Shown: piece after piece, positions 41,004 through 50,209 of the stretch
Layout of the letters: every line of letters begins with the position of its first letter
Position numbering within the stretch: the first letter of the stretch is position 1
Assembly: GCA_013265495.1 (NCBI GenBank)
Contig: MU058669.1
Location: 852,234-916,233 of the forward strand
Reading direction: 5' to 3'
DNA from: Vicugna vicugna
Lineage: Eukaryota
Length of the DNA stretch: 64,000 nt
The notes under the pieces: generated by a model
Told to the model about the DNA's origin: nothing
Database searches by the model: none
What the model saw: only the letters and a program-made list of their open reading frames with translations
Program-made: the position numbers and the translations under genes

Positions 41004-42715
41004 TTTTTTTCTTCTAAATGATATTTATGTTTTTAGAACAGTATTTCTTTATATATGGATTGCAACCTAAGAGCTAGGGGAAGAAGGAACAGAGGAATGT
41101 CTGGAGGACTTGAAGTCCCAAGCCTTACCCAGTGGTACCATTGTTGCCTTACAAAGTCCATCAGATCCAGGAGATTCAGGAATATTCCCCCAGGGGAGCT
41201 GAGAAATGTCCCATGCTCGATTCTGTCAGGAGGAATATCCAGGAGTACAGTGGTTCTTTCTTTCTTCTTTCCTTTCTTTCCTTCCCTTCCTTTTTTCTTC
41301 CTTCCCTTCCTTCTTCCTTCCTTCCCTCCTTTCTCTCTTTCTTTCTTTCTTTCTTCCCTCCCTTCCTTCCCTCCTTCCCTTCCTTCTTTCCCTTCCTTCC
41401 TCCCTTCCTTCCCTCCTCCCTTACTTCCTTCCTCTCTCTCTTTCTCTTTCTTTCTTCCTTCCCTTCCTTGCTTCTTCCTTCCTTCCTTTCTCTCTCTCTC
41501 TTTCTTTCTTTCCCTCCTTCCCTTCCTTCCTTCCCTTCCTTCCTCCCTTCCTTCCTCCCTCTCTCCCTTCCTTCTCTCCTCCCTTCCTTCCTCTCTCCCT
41601 TCCTTCCTCTCTCCCTCCCTCCCTTCCTCTCGTCCTTCCTTCCTTCCTTCCTTCCTTCCTTCCTTCCTTCCAATCTCTGTAAGATGTAATGGCAACTTGA
41701 GATGTGCTTTTTTAGCATCTAAAAGAGATTCCAAGAAGTCTTTGGCTTCTCCTTCAGTAGGATCTCCACTGAGGTCAAGCCCCAAAACTGCATCCTCAGT
41801 AGAAAGGAAGACCTCTTTGCCAAGTTTAACAGTCTCCTTGGCTACTGAAGGGCCACCTCTTCTGTGGATTCCTATCAAACACCTAACATCAATGTCTAAG
41901 TTTTCTTCTTCAGACTGTTTAATACTCTCAAGTACATATTCCACATAAATCCCTTTTTTAAAAAATTAAGTCATCCCTGTAGCATTTCCTCTTCTGGGTG
42001 TGCTCCTAAGTTTCAGGCACCTGACACCACCAGCTGGAATTCTTTAATGACATCTTTTGTCGCCATTAAAATATCTTCAGGGTTAGTTGTAAGTTGATGA
42101 ATCAGGTGATACATCTGGAAACATTCTTCTACAGTTCTTTGCTTTCCCCTGTGAATCACAGTCACCCGATTATGGACTTTAAGATCTGGCTTCTTAATAA
42201 TTTCTTCCAGTACTAGAACTAATGGGTCCATTCAAGTGGGCATGAGGTTTTGCTTTAGGTAGCTCTGAGTAAAAGGCGGTGTCCATGGCTGTGGTAGTTC
42301 TTCTGCCTCCACCATGACTTAGTGGAATAAAACGGTCTTTCTCCACACACTTTCATTCTTGGTATGAATGATGCAGTGTATTTCGGTCAGCAAGTTCTGT
42401 GGTCTTGAATTTCCTAAAGATTGCTTTACGTCTGCACATTAGGGTAAGATTAGTTCCACATGCAGCCCTGGGCTCAGCTTCATCACCGTGGTGGACATCA
42501 GCTCCTGAGCCTCTCCTGGCCTGGAGCCCTCGCAGCCCTGAGCTCCAGCGACGGCAGCATCCTCTGCAAGAGTCCCCTGGCTGCGCAGGTACCCACAGAA
42601 CCCTCTGCAGCGCTGACGTTTCCAGGACCACGCTGCTCACCGCTCATCCACTGAGGCTGTTACACGAACGCCTGCGCAGTGCAGCCCTGCCCGTGCATCT
42701 TACCCGGCTTCTCAG
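41004..42715 (-). pseudogene. ADAL: Processed pseudogene (retrocopy) of ADAL/MAPDA, adenosine deaminase-like protein
   Basis: ATG at 42315 (MVEAEE), then FYSELPK-PHAHLNG, KPDLKVH...EECFQMYHLIHQLTTNPEDILMATKDVIKEF, LRSTPRRGNATGMT, ENLDIDVRCLIGIHRRGGPSVAKETVKL...LGLDLSGDPT...LHLTEI, LLDIPPDRIEHGTFL...DFVRQ. Intronless, with several frameshifts and stops, a GC-rich 5' leader and an A-rich tail near 41004-41015. The 5' boundary is approximate. Confidence 0.95.
41254..41671. repeat. Complex (TTCC)n/(TTTC)n/(CCCT)n homopyrimidine-homopurine microsatellite inside the ADAL retrocopy
   Basis: About 420 bp of almost only C/T on the + strand. Confidence 0.98.
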
Positions 42716-43547
42716 CAGTTCCTTGCCCTAAAGCTTCAATGAATGCCCAGGAGTGTAGTCCTCCCTTTGAATTCTGCTGTATATTAGTGGGATCTGTATG
42801 ATGGCACTTTCTATGCAAAATTCATTTATTTCATAAATATTTATTAAATGGCACACTGTGTGTCAGGCACTGTGCTAGCCCTGGGAGGATAAAATATTTT
42901 CCTGGAAGAACTCAAAGACTGATGAGTGGGAAACACAAGTGATTAGAATGTGGGGTGAGAAGTATTATGATTAGGAGCCAGGAAACAAAAGGGGGGCATA
43001 ACTAAGCCACTCATACAGTGTTTCTGAGAAGGCTTCCAGGAAGAAGTGTCACTAAATCTGGGACCTACACAGCAGGTAGGATTGTGGCAGGTAAAGAATG
43101 GGAATATTTCAGACGCAGGTAAGCAGCATATGTAGACCTGGAGAGGCTGAGTGGTGCACTGCTTCCTCTGTCCCTGCCACCACCCTCTAGTACTGCAAAC
43201 TCCATAATCACAACATACCTCTCCTACGTCGACAGTGACCTTGAAATAATGGGATGAATACATTTGGCATAGTTAGTGCCAGAGTCAAACAGAGCTGAGT
43301 TCAAATCCTGGCTTCGCCAGTTCCTGGCTTTGTGACTGTGGTGAAGGGATTAGCATCTCTAAACCTCAGTTTCTACATAGGAAATGGAGATCGGTAGTCA
43401 TACCGTCATCTTAAGGCTGCTGCAAGTAAGAAAATGACCTCAAGTAAGAAAATGACCTGCAAGTAAGAAAAAATACATAAAGGGACATAGCGCAGCACCT
43501 GGACCAGGCAAATCCCCGGTGGTGGCAGCTTTTATTAATAGTGGTAG

Positions 43548-43791
43548 CGCAAGAACAAAGAATTCCTACAGCAAGAAGTTTGCAACAACCTACCACACCG
43601 CATCCCCTGTTTTTTTATATAAAAGGAGTCTGTATTCTGACCAGAGTAGGATGGTTCTCCAAGACAGTCTGCCATCCTCTCAGTCTGCCGCCATTCTGAA
43701 TGAAGTCGCTATTCCTTGCCCCAGCACCTCGTCTCTCGATGATTTATTGGCCTGTCGTGCAGCGAGCAGAACGAGTTTGGACTCAGTAACA
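43548..43791 (+). mobile_element. Short ERV1-type solo LTR remnant
   Basis: TATA box (tatataaaagg, ~43616); U5-like end gatttattggcctgtcgtgcagcgagcagaacgagtttggactcagtaaca; gtag on both sides as a possible 4-bp TSD. Confidence 0.7.
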
Positions 43792-44544
43792 GTAGGAGTT
43801 CCTAGATCCACTAGGTCTGTTTAGATTAGGACCTCTCCGTGAAAAGAAATCTGACTTATTTTTCTTTGTGCCAACCTCATTGTACCTTGAACTGCATAGA
43901 CTTAATATCAGGTTCTCAGTGAGTACCTGCTGAAGGATTTGTTGATGTGAATTTTCCATTAAGCTGTTAAACAGATATTTACTGAGCGCTTACTGTGTGC
44001 CAGGCACTGTTCCACTTTGGGTACAGCAGCGAACAAGGCATGTTCCCGGAAATTTCATCTTAGAATTCTGACCAGCAGTTTCGTAAAATAGATGGTGACT
44101 TATGCTTAAGAATCAGGTTTGGAAAATATCCCAAGCATGAGAATTACCTAAATTGATAGTGATAAGAACTGTAAATCCACTTGATGTTTCTGGAGGAACT
44201 GATTCCTTGTCTTAAGACCTCTTCAACCAATTCAGTGTTTTTCCACCTGACACTGGGTCCTGCCTGAATCTAAAATGATGATTTCCACTTCACTCCACAG
44301 TCTACATCACAGAGTCCCTCCCATGGTCCTTGTCCTCAACAGACCAGTTTGCTAATTCGCTTCTCTTTCTTTTTACTGCATTCCGCTGGTACCTGAGAGG
44401 CTCTCTGTCTGCATAGGAAGAGAAGTGGATTATCAGTCAAGCTATTTAAGTTTTAAATTAAGTTTTGCTGCTAATCAATTTAGACAAATTTTTCATTTAT
44501 TCCTTCAATGAATATTAACAGAGCACCTCATAGAGACAGAGCAC

Positions 44545-44785
44545 AGCCTGGTTGAGGGTTCAGGCTTTGGAGTCAGAATGCCTGGGTTAGAAACTAGCTC
44601 TGCTATTTTGCAGCCATCTAATAGCAGGTGAGTGACCTGACGACTCAGTGTCCGTATCTGCAGAATGAGGATAATAATCATACCCACCTCATAGGATAGT
44701 TGTAAGTATTCAATGAGTTAATTCATGTAAAAATCTTAGAACAGCGTGTCTGAAACTAGCAGGTTCTCAATAAATGTTAGACACG
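44545..44785 (+). mobile_element. Near full-length MIR SINE
   Basis: ggctttggagtcagaatgcctgggtt...gaggataataatcatacccacctcatagg...aatgagttaattcatgtaaaaatcttagaacag...ctcaataaatgttag. Confidence 0.85.
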
Positions 44786-46331
44786 ATTACATTTTTGTTA
44801 GTATTTGTTGTTACTGTCAAATGCCAGGCACTGTGTATGACAGTGAAGAAATAGTGGGGGAAAAAAGGGAGAATGGTATTTGTATCTAGAGACCTTGCTT
44901 TCTGATAGGTAAAGAGACATTAAAACAACTGAACACTCACATACATAGTTACAGATTTGATGGGTGCTATGAGGGAAATGAACAGGGCACAGTGTGTGGA
45001 CTAAAGAGGGCTATTTGAGCTAAGACCAAAAGAAAAAGTAGAAGGTCCAGTGGTGAAGAAGGCATGTGTGCCTATGGGTGAAGGACTGTCCAGGAGAAAG
45101 GAAAAGCATGCGTAAAGGCCCTGAGGCAGGGACTGACGGGCCTGTGTGGTTGCAGTGTGGAGACTGAGGTGGAGAGGGGGCTGACACAATGGGCAGGGCC
45201 CAGGCCATGCAGTGCTGGGTGATGCTTATGGAGCTTGAAAATTTTCCTAAGGACAAAGGAAAGCTATCGGTGGTGCACCGTTTCCTTTCTGGCACACAGG
45301 ATTGTATGAAAGACTCTCTCAAGTCTCTTTAACACTGAAGAATTTGAGATTCTGTGATGACTACCAAAAGAGAGACTGTTTCTTGGAAAAGTAGGAAAAA
45401 AATAAGAAAGCAGGGAGGGAAGAACGAAAGGAGGGAGGAGGGGAGGTAAGAAAGAAGGAAGGATGCTGTGACTAAAACCAGTGGAGGCATGAAGTCTAGA
45501 GATGAAGTGTTGAATATTCAACACAGACAAGACTCAGTACCTATCACATCTGTGTGCGTGTAGGTGTGTTTGACTTACGCACATATTGGTACGTTCACTG
45601 ATTTGGCAGGAAACCAAACCGGGGGAGCCTTTCGGTGGAAGACAAGTAAGACTAATGGGCTGGGAACGTTGGAAAAGGGGGAAAATGGGGTGTCAATCAT
45701 TTTGGTTCAATGCATGATTACTGGATATAAAGATGCATCTGGAACAGCTTCTGCCAGAAAGCTGGTGTTCAGGAATTGAAATGCGGGCTGCAGCCTGGCC
45801 CAGCGGCTCCTGTCAGGAGCTGCTTGGTGGAAATCAAACAGAATTGCATTAGGAAAGGAGTGGCTGCGAAAGTACTCTCTGGAACAGAAAGTTTTATTGG
45901 AAGAAGGAAAAGAAAAAGGAGTTTCATCCAAAAGAAGAACTGACTCCAGGAATTCTAATTTGTTCCAGCCTTCAGGAGCTCAGAGGAACTTGGGACACTT
46001 CTTGGCTAGATATTCAGATGTGGCGGTGAAAAAAGGCATGCAAGGCAGTGAAAACCAAAAATAAAGAAGTGTTCTTTGGGCCCGATTTTTCATTTCCAGC
46101 TGAGTAGGGCTAAAATTTAAGAATTTTTTTTTAAAGGGGAAATACACACCGGTTCCACTCTGCAAATGCTTTATAACGCTAATACCACTCCAGCTTTCAG
46201 TACCTGCCCTTGATTTGGGCGTGTATGGCTGGGTATCTTACGACTCTCATAGCAAATGCTAGGAAAAATACTGATTTGTGTTACTTCAGTGCAGTGGGAA
46301 GTAAAAGGAGCCTCTTCTGGTTTATGCAAAG

Positions 46332-46800
46332 TTTTTTTTTTTAATTGAAGTACAGTCAGTTACACTGTGTCAATTTTGGGTGTACAGTAAAATGTCCCAG
46401 TATGCATATACATAAATATGTTCATTTTCATATTGTTTTTCATTAAAGGTTATTACAAGATACTGCATATAGCTCTCTGTGCTATACAGAAGAAATTTGG
46501 TTTTTTAAATCTATTTTATTTTAATCTATTTGCTAACATTTGCAAATCTCAAACTCCCTAATTTATCCCTTCCCACCTCCTTTCCCCCAGGAACCCTAAG
46601 ATTGTTTACTATGTCTGCGAATCTATTTCTGTTTTGTAGATGAGTTCATTAGTGTCCTCTTTTTTTAGATTCCATGTATGAGTGATATCATATGGTATTT
46701 TTCTTTCCCTTTCTGGCTTACTTCACTTAGAATGATGATCTCTAGTCCATCCATGTTGCTGCAAATGGCATTATTTTATTCTTTTTTATGGCTGAGTAGT
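46332..46800 (-). mobile_element. 5'-truncated artiodactyl L1 3' end
   Basis: PolyT, then aattgaagtacagtcagttacac...tggcttacttcacttagaatg...ccatgttgctgcaaatggcattattttattc; same family as 14349 and 27649. Confidence 0.9.
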
Positions 46801-48074
46801 TCTTTTCTGGTAAAGAAATAGCCGCTAGTGAGTGGTTCACTTAGCATATGCCTAATTTGAGTTAATAACAGCAGCTGCCATTTAATGGACATTTACAATA
46901 TGTTTCAGGTACTTAAAGCACATTATCTCATTGAATCTTCACAAAGTGTTACAAGATAGATTCTTGCATTCCCACTTTGCACAGGAGGAAAAAGAGGCTC
47001 AGAGAAGTTAAGGAGGTTGGGCAAAGGCATATGTTGCTGGGATGAATATGCAGATCTGATTCTAAGCCCATTTTCCCTTTGAGCCCACCTTTTTTTTTTT
47101 CTTGTCTATAAAATGGAGGTGGTTAATAGTATAATCTTTAAATCCTCATGTTTCCAAAGCTCCCTGAGGAAGACTACAGATTCACCAAGTTCACTAGTAT
47201 TTGTGTTTTATGTGCTCTTCTTAGCTCAGAGCCCCCCCTCCCCATCCATTCTCAGCACTCCAGTGCATGCAAAGATCTCCTATCAGAACTTGTTCTGGGA
47301 TCATTCAACATCCCCTGAGGTGCAAATGGTAGATCATAGAAATTAACATTTAGCAATAGTTCTTTACTTTTCTGCAGGTGGTAGTCAAGGACTTAGTCTT
47401 CCATTTTGCACTATCCCAATGTCATTGAGAAACAGACAAGATGAGCATTCTCCCAGACTTCAAATGAGACAGTACGGCTCCTATAGGGAAAATAACTCAG
47501 CCAAGGCCACACAATGTGTTAAAAGCAGAGTCATGACTACAAGCTAACATCTCCTAATTCCTGGTCTGTCACCTTTTCCAGCAAAGCACGCTGCTTCACT
47601 GAGTTGCAAACTCAGGGGCCAGGCAGGAAGCACAAATGGAACAAATGGGCAGGTGAGGGAACACTTTCCCCCTTGCCAGTGGTCTCTCAGCTTCAGGCAG
47701 ACTTTACCAAGTGAAAAGGTCTAGATCTTTCCATTTTAAACAAGAGGGGCTGAGAATATGGATTTTTATGTGCAATTCCATGATTTTTTAAAAAGCTTCC
47801 TCAAACTTTTGTTTTAATTCTCCTTGAGAGCTGATTACCACACATTTGTAAGCTGGAGTAACCACTGGGCAGTTTTCCACCTCTGCCGCCCAAGGAAGAA
47901 TATGGTTGCAGAGATGTCTAGCTGACAGCCCTTTCAACCATTGGGAATGCCCATTTCCTGGGAGAATCCAAATGTCAATCAGTCAAACCTCAGAGAACAG
48001 TAAGGAGTCGGGGTCCCAAACAAAGGAGGGCAGATAGAGACACTCCAAATCCCAGCTGCTGAGAAGGTTGGACC

Positions 48075-48232
48075 TGTGGTGTGATAATGAACCAGTTCTC
48101 CAGGAAAAAAAAAATTGCAGCATTTGCCAGTATTCCCACCATGGCCAATAGCTACTGATGGTTTAACAACCAGTTTGCAAAATTCATGACTAGTAACAAT
48201 TAGTTCCAGATATTTAACAATGGGTACACCAG
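48075..48232. mobile_element. hAT-Blackjack element (MER63-like)
   Basis: gcagcatttgcc...cccaccatggcc...gatggtttaacaaccagtttgcaaaattc motif. Confidence 0.55.
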
Positions 48233-48236
48233 AGGC

Positions 48237-48405
48237 CAGTGATTCCAAAATGGTTGCATATGATAATCACCAGTGAGCTTTTTAAAAGTTCAACTTCTCA
48301 GGCCCACTTCAGATCTACTAAATCAGACTGTCTGTGGGTGGATCCTAGGAAGCTGTATTTTCAAAAAGCCTTCTGAAATGAGCAGTAAGATTTGGAAATC
48401 CCCAA
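48237..48405. mobile_element. MER5-like hAT MITE
   Basis: cagtgattccaaa...aatcaccagtgagctttttaaaa...caggcccacttcagatctactaaatcaga...ctgtatttttcaaaaagc. Confidence 0.65.
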
Positions 48406-50209
48406 TGTAATCCCCATATCCAACTAGGAAAGAAATAGTCTTAGGAAGACAGCCTATCTAGAAAGTTAAGTGAAAGTATAGAACAGAGATGATAAACCCA
48501 GGGCTCTGAAGAGACATGAGATAAGCATGTTAAATATCATAAAGTAATTATAATAATAAAACAAGTTTAATTACTAATAGTAGTTTTTGAGTTCAGTCAC
48601 TGTTCTAGATACTTTTCCTGCATAACTTTTTTTAATCCTCACAAGAACCCTTTGAGGTGAGAATCACTATTATTTCTATTTTATATATGGGGAAATTATA
48701 AATGGAGAAAATAAATGACATGTCTGAGGTCCCAATGCTAGTATGCAGGAGAGTTGGGATTAGAATCCAGGCAGCCTGGATCTAGAAACTACACTTTCAG
48801 CCACAATTAGGGAAAGCACCTTATTCCTGAAGGTAGAGATTATTTTGCATAGAGTAGCTGTACTCAGCAAGTTTTCATTGAATTAGACCAAGTAAAGGAC
48901 AGGAGTTCATTAAAAAAAAATCATACCCTTCTCTCTTTCCCAGGGTATCTGGAAATCTTTGTAGGCTTTTATTCCATTCTAGTGACTTTTGACAAAGTCT
49001 ATTTTGAATCCAGTAGTCCTTGAGCAGATAGATTTCCTGATTACTGACAGGAAGAGCTGAATCTTCTATCTCTCTCTCTCTCTTTGTTTTTTTTGTTGTT
49101 TTTTTTTTGTGGTTTTCTCTACTTGGCCGCGTCGATGACACTGACACTCCTTACACTAGCTCTGGAAGTGGACTCCACACCCCACGGGAGCTATACACCA
49201 CCTGTTTCTAAGTCATCCTGCTTTCAGTCTTCCATTCAGCACGTCCTGGTCTCATATCATGACTGAGGCTAGAAACCAGCTTTTAGTGCAGATGTTCTGC
49301 CACACAAGACAGTCTGGCAGTCTGTCCTCACAGGGCAATCCTGGGACCATTAAACATTCTAGATCTTCCAGGCACACGGAGAAGAGAATGATAACAACCC
49401 TGTAAAATCTTTAGGAGCTCTTTTTCAGAGAAAAGATTAAAAAACTAACCTTCATTTCCCTAGTATATAAAGCCAAATTTAGAAGAAATAAACCCAGGAA
49501 GGTCAAATAGTGCCTTACTGGAATGTTTATCTTCTGCTTTGTTTTAGAAAGGATTTAAGGCAAGAGTCTCAATCCCAAATGTCAACAGTGACTGGACTGA
49601 TGTAAATGAGAGGTGACCAGCAGGACACTGTGATGATTAGGAGAATACATGCCTCATCCAAAGGGAGAAACCATTGCCTAGGGTCAGCCTATTGTGGACA
49701 TGTCTGTCGTTTTTTAAAGAGAAGGCACAGGACTTTCACTTGTGTTAATGAGACACTATGTAATTTGGACCTATAAGGACAAACAGAAAAGTGGGACAAA
49801 ATACTTAAAAACCTGCTTGATGATGTAGAGGAGCTAAAAAGAGAGTGAAGAATCACAGAGTCAGGGTCTGGGGCTGGAGGAAAGTCAGTGTGAAGACTTT
49901 GTGTTTGGAGCTTCTTTTGCCCTGCAGACATTAAACAAGTCTAGAGTGAGCAGCTAAACTAAGTGGAGGCAGGAATAAGAAGGTGGGGATCGGAGTTCAG
50001 AACCAAAACGTAGTGGCACTGGAAAGAGGCCGCTAAACAATGACCACTTGGGGTTGGACCCAGAAGAGCTGCCCAGTAGGAGTGAGGATGAACCTGGAAA
50101 AAGATGCTTGTAGATACTGCAGTTTAGCTTCAAATCACCCCCGTCTCTGAAACTGGATTGAAATGAAGAGGGACTGCTATCAAGAAGGCAAACATATATA
50201 TCCATCAGG

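Noticed and set aside
41055..41948. Long plus-strand ORFs (297, 185 and 158 aa) and the 180-aa minus-strand ORF
   Set aside because: Artefacts of the stop-free microsatellite and antisense reading of the pseudogene; low-complexity P/S/F/L or G/R/K/E content.
42353..42731. ORFs in the GC-rich leader of the retrocopy
   Set aside because: Probably 5'UTR-derived; GC richness explains the lack of stops and no homology was recognised.
40960..42760. Target-site duplication around the ADAL retrocopy
   Set aside because: Only short chance matches such as gtaagat were found; no convincing TSD.
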